Shown: positions 1 to 14,240, numbered from the stretch's first letter. The stretch: 64,000 nt of DNA from Candidatus Eiseniibacteriota bacterium (GCA_963776245.1 CAVZLN010000006.1:768001-832000); one strand, 5' to 3'. Notes: a model not told the origin generated them from the letters alone. Translations and numbers: made by a program.

Positions 1-2554
<2,554 letters not shown>

Positions 2555-2573
2555 GACGCGTCCTTTCCAGTGA

Positions 2574-2622
2574 CGAGGGCGCACAGGGCCCTCGGGAGAA
2601 CGGGGGGACACACAGGGTCCCC
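2574..2622 (-). promoter_or_regulatory. Tandem stem-loops with near-identical CCUGUGY loops in the acnA 5' leader
   Basis: Minus strand reads GGGGAC-CCTGTGT-GTCCCC (2604-2622) then CGAGGGC-CCTGTGC-GCCCTCG (2574-2594), directly before the RBS. Confidence 0.6.
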
Positions 2623-2635
2623 GGAACGAGGCCTG

Positions 2636-2664
2636 ACTGTACACCCGCCGCCGGATGCCGTCGA
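2636..2664 (-). promoter_or_regulatory. Putative sigma70 promoter of acnA
   Basis: TCGACG-17 bp-TACAGT on the minus strand. Confidence 0.45.
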
Positions 2665-2669
2665 CGGGG

Positions 2670-2699
2670 AAACGGCGGCGCCCCGTGCTGGCGCCGCCG
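2670..2699 (-). terminator. Possible intrinsic terminator after the Cys-rich secreted protein gene
   Basis: CGGCGGCGCC/GGCGCCGCCG stem followed by TTT on the minus strand. Confidence 0.4.
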
Positions 2700-2724
2700 C
2701 CGGTCTCGCCCGATGCCGCCCCGC

Positions 2725-3606
2725 CTACGGGCAGGCCCCGGCGGGCAGCTCCTCGAGGGCGAACCGCACGCCGTCGTCGCGCGCGCGCGCCGTGAGCGCG
2801 CCCGCGTCGCGATCGAACAGCGCGCGCTGCTGGCGCGCGCCCTCGCCGCTCTCGACCTCGATCGCGGGGTCCAGCCGCGGCGTGAGCGCGATGGCGTAGT
2901 CGTGCCCGCCGCCATGCACCCGCACCACCAGCAGGTCGCCGTCCTGGAGCATCGCGTCCGCCAGCCGGCCCGACGGCGCGTGGCCGCGGATCGCGCACAC
3001 GCGCACGCGCGTGCCGCCCGCGACCGACTCGGCCCGCAGCGTGTAGCCGTCGCCATCGGCGGCGGTGAACGAGGCCGCGAACCGGCCGGGGCCGATCGAG
3101 CTGGACTCCTCGATCACCGGGATGCGGTCCTGGCCCAGTCCGGTGTGCCGTGAGAGTGCCCCGAGCATGCCGGTCGGAGTGACGGCACCCGGCACTCCGC
3201 GCTCGACCCAGGAATCGACGCCCGGCGCGAACGGCTCCAGCCCATTGCCCACCGGCAGCCGCAGCGCGAACAGTGTCAGCCGCGTGTCCTCCGCCGGCGC
3301 GTCGGGCAGCCTCGCCCCCGGTGACCGTCCTCCCGCGCCGCCGGCGCGCGCGACCGGCTGGGCTCCCCGGCGCGGGCGCATGACCGGGTCGTCGGCCGCG
3401 CCCTCGCTTCCCCCGCCGGTGCACGTCCCGAGCGCGATGCAGTAGGGCACGTCGAACACCTTCCCGCTCGAGCAGATCCCGTACGCGCCACCCAGCTGAC
3501 ATCCCCCCACCGCGCCGCACGAGACGCATGTGACCCCGGCCGCGGCACTCACCACCACTCCCACGGGGACCAGCGCCAGCATCCCGATGACGAGCATCCG
3601 TCGCAT
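2725..3606 (-). CDS. Secreted hypothetical protein with a Cys-rich N-terminal mini-domain
   Basis: Signal peptide [24 protein letters not shown], then [38 protein letters not shown] (6 Cys), a linker and a globular C-terminal part. Confidence 0.7.
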   Translation of the reverse strand: MRRMLVIGMLALVPVGVVVSAAAGVTCVSCGAVGGCQLGGAYGICSSGKVFDVPYCIALGTCTGGGSEGAADDPVMRPRRGAQPVARAGGAGGRSPGARLPDAPAEDTRLTLFALRLPVGNGLEPFAPGVDSWVERGVPGAVTPTGMLGALSRHTGLGQDRIPVIEESSSIGPGRFAASFTAADGDGYTLRAESVAGGTRVRVCAIRGHAPSGRLADAMLQDGDLLVVRVHGGGHDYAIALTPRLDPAIEVESGEGARQQRALFDRDAGALTARARDDGVRFALEELPAGACP

Positions 3607-3787
3607 CGCGTCCACCCCGCACCTCCCCACCGGGGACTCTCGTTCGGGAGCCAGCAGCGGGCGAGCCCGCCCGCGCGGCGCACATCGCAAGCACGATGCC
3701 GAAGCTCGCGGGGGCGACTGGGGCGCGATCACGGGCCCGCGTGGCGGGCGCGCGTGTGAACGGCGTGGGCGCAGGCGGGAACCGGCG

Positions 3788-4540
3788 CTACTCCCCCGGC
3801 ACCGGTGGGATGTCGAGATCGTCGTCCGCCCGCGGACGGCGCCGGCGCGTGAGGATGAGCGAGCCCACCACCAGGATGGTGGCGAACAGGAACCACTGCA
3901 CCGCGTACGACAGGTGGCGCATCTCGTCGTACGGGAGCGGCGCTTCGCGCGCCGGGATGGCGGGCACGCCCGCGCCCGGCAACTGGCGGAGCACGTAGGG
4001 CGCGAGCGCGTAGGGGAAGCGCGCGGCGAGGGAATCGAGATCGAGACGCCGCGCCGACCACAGGGTGACGGTATCCGCCTCCAACGACACCGGCGAGCGG
4101 TCGCCCACGCCGCGCGCGAGCGCCTGCGCGAGGCCGAGGACGGTGCGCTCGCCGGGCTCGGGGTGTTCCTGCGGCCGCGCGGTGGCGGCGTCGCCAGCGT
4201 AGAGCCAGCCGCGGTCCACCAGCACCGCGGTGGCGGAGTCCGCGAGCACCAGGGGCGTGACCACGTGCACGCCGGGCGAACCTCCGCGCACCCGGCCGGC
4301 GAGCACCACCTGACGAGTCTCATCGTAGCGGCCGCGGGCCGTGACGCGCCGGTCGCGCACGGCGTCGAGGGGCAGGAAGGTGTCGCCGAGCGGGACCGCG
4401 GGGGCGCGGAGCGCCGCGTGCAGGGAGGCGTTGAGCCCGCGCTTCTCCGCCAGCCGCCGCAGTTGCCACAGCCCCAGCGAGACGCACACCGAGGCCACGA
4501 CGATCACGAGCAGCGCGGCCAGCACGGCACGGGGCTTCAT
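3788..4540 (-). CDS. SURF1/Shy1 family protein
   Basis: LGLWQLRR, GVHVVTPL, VLVDRGW and HLSYAVQWFLFA motifs; two terminal TM helices. Confidence 0.92.
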   Translation of the reverse strand: MKPRAVLAALLVIVVASVCVSLGLWQLRRLAEKRGLNASLHAALRAPAVPLGDTFLPLDAVRDRRVTARGRYDETRQVVLAGRVRGGSPGVHVVTPLVLADSATAVLVDRGWLYAGDAATARPQEHPEPGERTVLGLAQALARGVGDRSPVSLEADTVTLWSARRLDLDSLAARFPYALAPYVLRQLPGAGVPAIPAREAPLPYDEMRHLSYAVQWFLFATILVVGSLILTRRRRPRADDDLDIPPVPGE

Positions 4541-4612
4541 CGGGCGCGGGACTCGGGGTGTGGGGCTCGGGTGCGCGACGCCGCGCCCCCGCAGCGGGGC
4601 CGCGGCGCGCCG

Positions 4613-4852
4613 TCAGGCGCCCGGCTTGGGCGCCGCCGGAGGAAGGTCGAAGGCGACCAGCGTGGACTGGAAGCCGCACGTCTTGTGCGTGCCATCGCAG
4701 AACGGTTTGTTGTTCGAAGATCCGCAGCGGCACAGCGAGACGCGCTCGCGACCGGAGAGACCGAACGGCTGGCCCTGCGCGTCGACGACCTCGAAGTCCC
4801 CCTCGACGCGCAGCGAACCATTGTTCTGGACGGTGATCCGTGCCCTGGCCAT
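4613..4852 (-). CDS. CDGSH iron-sulfur domain protein
   Basis: LCRCGSSNNKPFCDGTH motif; ATG at 4852 with GAGGAG RBS. Confidence 0.92.
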   Translation of the reverse strand: MARARITVQNNGSLRVEGDFEVVDAQGQPFGLSGRERVSLCRCGSSNNKPFCDGTHKTCGFQSTLVAFDLPPAAPKPGA

Positions 4853-5142
4853 GGTCTGGCTCCTCAGAACGATGTGATGGACGCGACCGCGGCGGACTCT
4901 AGCAGAATCCCCGGCGGGCGCGAGAACCGCATGCGCTCCTTGGGCTTGGGGAGCGGCGAGCAGCGAGCGACTCGGCCCTGGGCCGAGCGGCACCGCGGGC
5001 TGTCCATCGCCCCCCCGGGCGGTCGCGCGAGCGCGCCACGCAACCCCGCGCTCCACCGCGGCGTAACATGCGCACGGAACATCGGGCGGGAGGCGTCCGC
5101 GCCGGACGCCGCGCCCCGGACAGGATGGAAAGGAGCGATGCC

Positions 5143-5450
5143 GTGGTCGAGTTGCTGGTCCTCGGTGCGCTGGTGCTCGCCGGCGTGATGGTGTTCGGAG
5201 TGCTGGCTGCCGTGGCGTCCATGATCTGGTGGCTGCTGGCGCTCCCGTTCACATTGATGCGGTGGCTGGTCCAACTGCTGGCGGCGCTGTTCGCGCTGCC
5301 CTTCCTGCTCGTGTTCGGGCTGCTGGCGGCGGTGGTGTTCGGCGCCGGGGCGCTGGTGTTCCTCCTGTTGCCGGCGCTGCCGTTCATCCTCATCGCGTGG
5401 GCGGTGTGGGCGCTGATGAATCGGAGGCATCCGGCGGGCGTGACCACCTA
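5143..5450 (+). CDS. Small hydrophobic membrane protein
   Basis: AGGAG RBS before GTG at 5143; almost entirely hydrophobic helices; TAG at 5449-5451. Confidence 0.65.
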
Positions 5451-5466
5451 GCGCCCGCGATGCACA

Positions 5467-5500
5467 GGGAGCCGGGGTCCATGGGGGCCCCGGCTCCCTC
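5467..5500. terminator. GC-rich hairpin between convergent genes (probable bidirectional terminator)
   Basis: GGGAGCCGGGG...CCCCGGCTCCC inverted repeat. Confidence 0.55.
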
Positions 5501-5517
5501 GCTTTCACCCCCTTTGC

Positions 5518-8406
5518 TCAATCGAGCAGGATCGTCCTCCGGATGACGCTCCGCCCCTCGAACGACATCCGCATGAAGTAGAGCCCTGCGGGAAGCCCCC
5601 CGAGATCCGGGACGGCGAGCAGGTGCACACCTGCGGTGAGCCCGTGCCAGGTGTGGCCGGCGACGCGTCGCCCGCTGAGATCGAGCATCTCGGCCTGCAG
5701 ATCCCCATCCCTCGGCAGCGCGAGTTGGAGCCGCGAGGCACGGGTCGCGGGATTCGGGACGAGTCCACGGCTGTCGAAGGCGCCGATCGCCGGCGCAGGG
5801 GGCCGCGGCGCGTCGAGGGCACCGGTCGGGCCGAGCTTGAGCGTGCCGGAGAAGCGCGACGCCCCGCTCCAATCGCTGTGATCGAACGCGGCCCAGAACG
5901 TGGTAGGGCTGCCGTCCGCTGCGCGGGCGATCCACTGGACTTCGAATCTCCCGGTGTCATCAGCGCACGGGAACCAGTAGTCCCCCGGCACATCCGCGCA
6001 CACACACGGCCCATAGGGCCAGTTGTCGCTGGTCAGAACGCCCGTGCGGAGCGTGTCCTCGGGATACCCCCGGATCGACACGTTCCAGATCGTGTCGGCA
6101 TGGGGACTGGAGAAGCTGACCTGGGCCCATTGGCTGTTGCCGTGGACCCGGAACTGACCCCGATCGCTGGACATCTCGTACGTCCGGCCCGCCGAGTCCA
6201 CCTGAAGTGATCCGGAAGGGAGTGCGTCGAGGATGGTCCAGGCCGTGTCCGCCTCTCCGCTCGAACGCGTGGCGATGAATCCCACCTCGTGGGGCACCGC
6301 GACATCGACCGCCTGCTGGGCCCACCGGAATTCCGCGCGCCCCGGGGCGACGGGAACCAGGGCACCCCGCAATGACGGATCGATGAGCGAGAGGACAGGC
6401 ACCTCCCCGTCGGGAGTCTCCCCCGTCACCTCGAACTCGATCCGCTGCGTCCATGTCTCCGCCCGGCGCATCGGGGCGCGCGCCATCACGCGCCACGTCA
6501 CGTCCTGGCGGATCTCGCCTCGAAGGATCGGCGTGCGGTCGTCCGCACGCTGCTCGAATTGCAGCCAGAACCTCGTCGGCAGGCCGTGGAGACTGGTCTC
6601 GTATCGACGTACTCGAAGTTCGGAGCTGGTCCACTCGGCCCCGCCCACGCTTCCGGCGTAGGTGCGAAAGCTCGCGGAGAGGAACGGGCCCGTGAAGATC
6701 GGTGGCCACGGGATCGTGAAGCGACCCAGGGATAGGGCCCCCTCACCGAGTCCGCGCGCGCTGACGCTCCAGGCCTCGACGGGACTTGAGAGTTCCACTT
6801 CGAGCATGTTCGACGAGGACAGGTTTTGCCCGACGTCGGCCCGCAGGATCCGACCGGGCGCTCCGGTCCATGCTTCCGAACGGCCGAGACCCGCGGGATC
6901 GCCCCCCTCGCTCGTGAACGTGGCCGAGAAGTCCCCCGTCACGAGGATGTCGGTCTGGATCGTGTCCGCCTGCAGCGCCGCGTTCGTCGCGATGAAGGTG
7001 ATGGTGTGCGCGCCACTCGAAGCGATGGCGGGGGCCCACACGAAATCCGCGCCCGTTGCGGAGTTGGGCGAGAGCGTCGCCCCCGATGGGAGGCCGGCCG
7101 TCGTGATGGTGACCGCGCGTCCCAGGGTGTCCCGCGCCATGACGGTGAAGCGGAGGGTGTCGCCGTGATGGACGCGACGCGCGATGGGGGCATACATCGT
7201 CACTGGCGCACCGGCATTCACCCGCAGCTCCCCGCGGAACGCGGGCGCCTCGCCGTCACAATGCTGCTCCCACTCGAGCCACACCTCCCGCAGGCTGTCG
7301 ACGGGTCCCATGAACAGCCTGCGGATGCGGAAATGGGTCTCCCGCACACCACATGAACCGGGCTCGAAGTTCGCGTAGAAGATGGCCATGGAATGCATGT
7401 CGTCCGACCAGCGTCTCAGGATCGAGTAGTTTCCGGCCGGCAGGGGCGATCCATCACCGCTCACGTAGAAGTCCCGATAGAGCTCCGGGCCGCCGAAGGG
7501 GAAGAACCTGGCCCCGAAGCCCGACACATAGTTCGATTGATAGGTGGTGGTGCGCATATCGCCCGGGCGCAGCCGGCGGTTCTGCCCGAGCCACGCCCGG
7601 TCCCCGGGTTCGCTGATCGCGTCGAGGAGCGTGTCCCCGTCCACGCGTACCATGGTGTGCGCGGTGTCGGCGTGACCGAACGCATCGGCGGCCGCGAAAG
7701 CGATGCGATGGTCACCCGGCCGGTCGATGGGGGGAGTCCAGGAGAACCGCCCCGTGCCATCGCCACGGTCCACGAAACTCGCGCCGGCCGGCAGCCCGAT
7801 GGCCGTCAGTCCCAGCACGGAGCCTGCGGCTTCCACCACCCGGACATCGAAGGACAGCGCCTGACCGCGACGCGCGCGCTGGCGGAGCGGGGCGTTCACC
7901 GTGACCGTCGTATCGGCATCGAGGCGGATCTCACCGACGGCGATGGAGGAGTTGCCCGAGCACGCCCGCTCGTAGAACAATCGCAGTCGACTCACTTTTC
8001 CCGCGGCATCGAAAGCGATCCGGTGCACGTCGAACCACGTGAACGGATCGTCGCAGGAGAAGCCCGGTCCCACCAACTCGAACGACGGCAGCGTGTCCTT
8101 TGCGGGGAATGTCCTGAGCGCAGGACCCTGCACTCCGGCTTCGAGCTTCCGGCGGCGACCCGCGGCGAGATCGATCGTCCAGGAGTGGGTCGGGGTCCGG
8201 ATCGAGAGCATGAGGGTCTGCGTGTAGTTGTAGTTGCTGAACACGGTGAATGTGGCGGACGGGGGCGAAAGGGCGTAGACCGTGCCGGGGGCCGGTGAGC
8301 TCCCGGACAGGACGCGCACCACGAACAGGGAGTCCGCGGCCAGCGCAACCCCTCCCTGCAGCGAAAGCGCTGCGACGGCGACGAGCACCTGGCGGCACAG
8401 GGACAT
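5518..8406 (-). CDS. Large secreted modular protein: repeated unknown module alternating with putative Ig (He_PIG-like) domains, plus FlgD/T9SS-like C-terminal domain
   Basis: Signal peptide MSLCRQVLVAVAALSLQGGVALA. Ig-like GLPAGASF...FSWTP and GLPSGATL...FVWAP. Recurring (F/W/Y)EQ/ER...(L/F/V)xGE(I/L)R ends. C-terminal PNP...DLSGRRV...LPAGLYFMR. Confidence 0.8.
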   Translation of the reverse strand: MSLCRQVLVAVAALSLQGGVALAADSLFVVRVLSGSSPAPGTVYALSPPSATFTVFSNYNYTQTLMLSIRTPTHSWTIDLAAGRRRKLEAGVQGPALRTFPAKDTLPSFELVGPGFSCDDPFTWFDVHRIAFDAAGKVSRLRLFYERACSGNSSIAVGEIRLDADTTVTVNAPLRQRARRGQALSFDVRVVEAAGSVLGLTAIGLPAGASFVDRGDGTGRFSWTPPIDRPGDHRIAFAAADAFGHADTAHTMVRVDGDTLLDAISEPGDRAWLGQNRRLRPGDMRTTTYQSNYVSGFGARFFPFGGPELYRDFYVSGDGSPLPAGNYSILRRWSDDMHSMAIFYANFEPGSCGVRETHFRIRRLFMGPVDSLREVWLEWEQHCDGEAPAFRGELRVNAGAPVTMYAPIARRVHHGDTLRFTVMARDTLGRAVTITTAGLPSGATLSPNSATGADFVWAPAIASSGAHTITFIATNAALQADTIQTDILVTGDFSATFTSEGGDPAGLGRSEAWTGAPGRILRADVGQNLSSSNMLEVELSSPVEAWSVSARGLGEGALSLGRFTIPWPPIFTGPFLSASFRTYAGSVGGAEWTSSELRVRRYETSLHGLPTRFWLQFEQRADDRTPILRGEIRQDVTWRVMARAPMRRAETWTQRIEFEVTGETPDGEVPVLSLIDPSLRGALVPVAPGRAEFRWAQQAVDVAVPHEVGFIATRSSGEADTAWTILDALPSGSLQVDSAGRTYEMSSDRGQFRVHGNSQWAQVSFSSPHADTIWNVSIRGYPEDTLRTGVLTSDNWPYGPCVCADVPGDYWFPCADDTGRFEVQWIARAADGSPTTFWAAFDHSDWSGASRFSGTLKLGPTGALDAPRPPAPAIGAFDSRGLVPNPATRASRLQLALPRDGDLQAEMLDLSGRRVAGHTWHGLTAGVHLLAVPDLGGLPAGLYFMRMSFEGRSVIRRTILLD

Positions 8407-8567
8407 GGTGGATCGCCTCGCGTGATCGGTGCGGATCCAGGGGGCGGTGGTGAAGCCCGACCGGGAGTGTAACCCGGCGGGGCACACTTGCGCGCACCCG
8501 CACTCATCCCGCATTCTCCTTCGCCGCGTCCGCACCTTCCCCCCACTCGAACATCACGAGGATCGCG

Positions 8568-10244
<1,677 letters not shown>

Positions 10245-10337
10245 GGCGGCCGGCCGCTCCGGGGCGGTTCCGGCCCCCCCGCATCCTTCGGCCTGCTTCG
10301 TGTCTCCCACGGTCGGACCTGTGAGGAGACCGCCGAT

Positions 10338-11162
10338 ATGAAGACCATGACCCACGAGATCAGCGACTTCCAGACCGACGTCATCGAGCGCAGCCGGACG
10401 ATTCCGGTGCTGGTGGACTTCTGGGCCGCCTGGTGCGGGCCGTGCCGCGCGCTCGGGCCGGTGCTCGAGCAGCTCCTCGGCGAATCCGGCGGCCGCTGGG
10501 CGCTGGCCAAGGTGGACACCGAGGCGCATCCGGAGCTGGCGCGGCGGTTCGGCATCCAGAGCATCCCGAACTGCAAGCTGTTCATCGACGGCGCGGTGTT
10601 CGACGAGTTCACCGGCGCGCTCCCCGCCGGTGAGTTGCGCCGCTGGCTCGACGACGCTCTCCCCGCGCCGGGCGCCGCGGCGGTGGCGGAGGCCTCGGCG
10701 ATGCTGGCCGAAGGACGCTTCTACGAGGCCGCGCTCGGCCTGCGCGCGGTGCTCGAGCGCACCCCGGCGGACCATGCGGCTCGCGTGGTGCTGGGCCAGG
10801 CGCTGCTGCGGCTCGACCCCGCAGGGGTGAACGCGGCGCTGCAGGGGATCGATGAAGACTCCGCCGAGCGCGAGCGCGCCGACGCGCTGCGCACGCTCGC
10901 CGCTCTCGCGCTCCACGCCGAAGCGCCCGAGACGCTCCCCGACGGCGCCGCCCGGGCGCACGTGCTCTCGGCGTCGCGCGCGCTGCGCGGGGGCGACTGG
11001 GACGGAACGCTGGCCGCGTTGATCGACGCGATGCACGCGGAACGCGGGTACGCCGGCGGCATGGCGCGCGAAGCCGGCCGCGCCGTCTACCGGCTGCTGG
11101 GCATCCAGCACCCGGCGTGCGACCGCCACCACCGGGCGTTCGCGAGCGCCATGAACGTGTAG
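10338..11162 (+). CDS. Thioredoxin with TPR C-terminus (YbbN/CnoX-like chaperedoxin)
   Basis: VLVDFWAAWCGPC active site followed by helical TPR-like repeats. Confidence 0.9.
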   Translation: MKTMTHEISDFQTDVIERSRTIPVLVDFWAAWCGPCRALGPVLEQLLGESGGRWALAKVDTEAHPELARRFGIQSIPNCKLFIDGAVFDEFTGALPAGELRRWLDDALPAPGAAAVAEASAMLAEGRFYEAALGLRAVLERTPADHAARVVLGQALLRLDPAGVNAALQGIDEDSAERERADALRTLAALALHAEAPETLPDGAARAHVLSASRALRGGDWDGTLAALIDAMHAERGYAGGMAREAGRAVYRLLGIQHPACDRHHRAFASAMNV

Positions 11163-11166
11163 CGGC

Positions 11167-12432
11167 TCATCTCCCCCAATTCACGCCCAGGCTCGCCTGC
11201 CAGCCGGTCACGTCGTAGTCGGGCCGGTGGATCAACCGCTTGAACTCGGCGTACACCTGTTCCTCCTGGGCGTTCTTCGGATCGGCGTCATCGCGGAAGC
11301 GCCCGGGTCGGGTCTGAAGCCACCGGGCCTCGAGGGTCCCGTGGAAGCGGTCCCAGACGTGGAACTGGTAGCCCGCCACGAACGTCAGACCGTAGCTGTA
11401 GTACGCGGCAGTGGTCTGGACGTCGAGCGTGTCGAGCGAGGGATACACGGCGCGCAACCGGATGCGCTCGTCGTTCTCGATGAACGCGAGGCCCAGGCCG
11501 TAGTACGCGCCGATAGCCCGCGTCCAGTCGCCGCCGCGCCAGCGGCGCAGCACCTCGATCGTCGCGGGGACGCTGAGCACGTCCATGGAGTTCTTCTCCA
11601 GCTTCACGGAGGGGTCGATGACGTCCACCTTCGTGCGCGCGGTCGAGAAGCTGAGCCCCGCGCGCCCGGCCCAGCACGGCCGGAACCAGTAGGTGTAGTC
11701 GAGCTTCACGCCGTCGAGCGTGCCGTAGAGGCGGTTCATCTCGGACGCGGTCAGTTGGTGGCTGACGCCGGACCCGCCGACGAATCCGCGCCACGGCCCG
11801 TAGGGACTCGCACGCTTCCAGCCGGGCGTCGACGCGGGCCCCTGCGGCGCTCCAGGTGTGGACGCGGTCGCGGTCGCGAGTTCCTCGACCAGCGCCTTGA
11901 CCAGGTTGGATCCCGCTTCCTGCGCGGCCTGCTCCGGCCTCGCCGGGCCGGAGAACTTCCCCTCCTTCACGAACCGCAGCAACTCACGCCCCGTGCGCGT
12001 GTCGGTGCACACGAAACGCGCCTGCACACGTGCCCGCGCGCCGAAGAAGCGCGCGAAGGTCGAGGGTACGTCGATATGGGTGATGGTGGTGTGGATGTCC
12101 ACCTGTTGCGGCTCGGTCGCCGGACGCTGCGCGTCGGCCGCGGCGCCAGCTGCGGTCGTGTCGGCTGGCGCGGCGGCCGCGGCCTCCCCGACCCATTGGA
12201 AGATCCCTCGCTTGCGGAGCCGATCGATGGCGCGAGCGCGCAGCATGACCTCGAGCCCGCTCGCGTAGCCATGGTCGGCCGCGTAGCGCTCCACCACGAC
12301 CGGGGCGACCCCGGCCTCGGTGTAGGCGGCGAGCCTGCCCGCGGTCGACTCGGCGGACGCGGGGCTGGGGGTCGGGAGCAGTGCCGCGGCAAGGCCCAGC
12401 GCCTGAGCGAACCACATGCGCGGAGTCGGCAT
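11167..12432 (-). CDS. Exported protein: N-terminal DUF4410-like domain plus C-terminal outer-membrane beta-barrel
   Basis: Signal peptide; STFARFFGARARVQARFVCTD..TG segment; amphipathic strands ending WQASLGVNWGR. Confidence 0.6.
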   Translation of the reverse strand: MPTPRMWFAQALGLAAALLPTPSPASAESTAGRLAAYTEAGVAPVVVERYAADHGYASGLEVMLRARAIDRLRKRGIFQWVGEAAAAAPADTTAAGAAADAQRPATEPQQVDIHTTITHIDVPSTFARFFGARARVQARFVCTDTRTGRELLRFVKEGKFSGPARPEQAAQEAGSNLVKALVEELATATASTPGAPQGPASTPGWKRASPYGPWRGFVGGSGVSHQLTASEMNRLYGTLDGVKLDYTYWFRPCWAGRAGLSFSTARTKVDVIDPSVKLEKNSMDVLSVPATIEVLRRWRGGDWTRAIGAYYGLGLAFIENDERIRLRAVYPSLDTLDVQTTAAYYSYGLTFVAGYQFHVWDRFHGTLEARWLQTRPGRFRDDADPKNAQEEQVYAEFKRLIHRPDYDVTGWQASLGVNWGR

Positions 12433-12609
12433 CGCGCATCCCTCCTCGGCCTTCGCGACACACCCCCTGCGGACGCGTGTGACGGGGATGAGCGATTCCT
12501 GTCGCGCGCACGCGAGCCTACCTCCGGCCCGCCCCGCAGCACAAAGGCCTCCCCCGCCCACGACACCCGCCGGCGCACGTTCACCGCCCGGCGCGCGGCG
12601 CCCAAACGA

Positions 12610-12640
12610 CGACCGGCCGGAGCGTGAGCCCCGGCCGGTC
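12610..12640 (-). terminator. Hairpin downstream of the OMP gene
   Basis: GACCGGCCGG...CCGGCCGGTC stem followed by GTCGTTT on the minus strand. Confidence 0.45.
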
Positions 12641-12666
12641 GCGGTGTGCAGAGGACCGAGTTCGGA

Positions 12667-13219
12667 CTACTTCTTCGCCATCCCGAATCCGACCTTGGCG
12701 GCGACCGAGATGAGGTTGGTCGACTCGCCTTCGGTCTGGATCATGTGGTAGGCACCGACCAGGCCGAGCGTGTACTTCGGGCTCATCTCGTAGTCGTATC
12801 CGACGCCGACATTGAAGCCGAACTTGCTCTTGCTCTCGTCGAAGCCGCCGGGGGTGACGTCGAGCTTGGCCTTCACGTTGTAGAGGCCGACGCCAGCCTT
12901 GATGTACGGCATCTGCTTGGCGTCCGACATCGGGAAGTTGTAGGTGGAGAACGCGACACCGGCATGATGCGTCCAGGTCAGGTTGTCCTCGACCTCGCCC
13001 TTGAGCGAGAAGAAGCCGGCCTCGATGCCGACGGCGCAGTACTTCGCCACGCCATACGAGCCGAACAGCGGTGCCGCCGAAGCCGGTCTTGAGCCCTCGC
13101 CGGCGTTACCGGTCGGCATCGCACGACGCCGACACGCCGAACCAGGTGTCACCGACCGCCGCGAACGACACGCCCGCCACGAGCATGAGCAGTCCGGCCA
13201 GGATCGCGATCTTCCTCAT
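12667..13219 (-). CDS. Small outer-membrane beta-barrel protein (OmpA/OMP_b-brl type), frameshifted near the N-terminus
   Basis: AGGAGG RBS; signal peptide MRKIAILAGLLMLVAGVSFA; PYIKAGVGLYNVK, KFGFNVGVGYDY and AKVGF strands. Frame breaks around 13130-13070. Confidence 0.85.
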
Positions 13220-13276
13220 TCCTCACCTCCTTGTTAAGGGTCCGTCTCCAATCCCACGGTAACTCAACGCGGCGGG

Positions 13277-13305
13277 ACGCTAGCCGAAGCCCAGCCCGCC
13301 GTCAA
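13277..13305 (-). promoter_or_regulatory. Putative sigma70 promoter of the OMP gene
   Basis: TTGACG-17 bp-TAGCGT. Confidence 0.5.
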
Positions 13306-13416
13306 TGCCACCGGATGCGTGGCGGGGTCGGTTCTGACCGAGTGATCAGGTTGCGGGGCTTGTGTTACGGCAATGAAAGGGGGCCTGACGGGGGATCCAC
13401 CATCCCGGCCGGTCCG

Positions 13417-14240
13417 TCATGGCCGCTTGATTCCCTCCGCAACGACATCGCGTACCAGAGTGCGGCGTCCGGGCAGACGTCCCCACTCGCGCAACCGCTC
13501 GACCGCCCGGTCCACGGTCGCGCCGGCGAGCAGGCCGGCGGCGAGGATCGCCGGGCGGGCCCCGGCCAGGATGTGGGCGAGGTTCTCGACCAGGTCCGCG
13601 AACGCGGGCTCCCCGGCACAGGCCCCGAACCACACCCAGGTACAGCGCCGCGGGCGGGCTCCCGCGGCGTGCAGGAGCTCCACCAGCCGCCGGCCCACGA
13701 TCGGGTCGCGACCGGCGCGCGAATAGGTGTGCTGGTAGGCGGCCCATACCTCGGCGAGCCCGCCGGGCTCGGGCCACGGCGCAGCACGTCGTGGTCGTCG
13801 TCGGCGAGCACGATGCGCCCGCCCGGCCGCACCGCCCCCACCAGCGCGCGCGCCACCGCGAGCGGATCGGGGACGTGCTCGAGCACGAAGCGCGCGTGCG
13901 CCAGGTCGAACGCTCCCCATTCCGCCTCGCCGAGCGGTGGTGCCAGGGCATCGCCGGCGCGCAGCTCGACCAGGTCGGCCTCGCCCGCCGCCTGGGCCTG
14001 GCGCCGCGCCTCGGCGAGCTGCTCGGGGCTGCGCTCGATGCCGAGGGCGCGCACGCCGGTGGCGCGCGCCAGGTCGCGCGTCAACTGGGCCAGCCCACAG
14101 CCCAGGTCGAGCACGCGCTCGCCCGGGCGCGGCCCGATCTCACGCAGCGAGGCGGTGTTCATCAGGGCGTTGAGCCGGGTGAGCCGCGCCTGCTCGGCGG
14201 GGTCGGTGCCGTGCACGTAGTGGGCGTCGCGATCGGACAT
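13417..14240 (-). CDS. Class I SAM-dependent methyltransferase (frameshifted)
   Basis: YVHGTDPAEQARL, VLDLGCGLA, FDLAHARFVLEH and VRPGGRIV motifs; frame breaks near 13780 and 13470-13440. Confidence 0.85.

Noticed and set aside
2574..2622. Canonical IRE or c-di-GMP-I riboswitch in the acnA leader
   Set aside because: The loop is 7 nt without the bulged-C/5-bp geometry of an IRE. The GCACAGGG similarity to the c-di-GMP-I 5' end is on the non-coding strand and the rest of that motif is absent.
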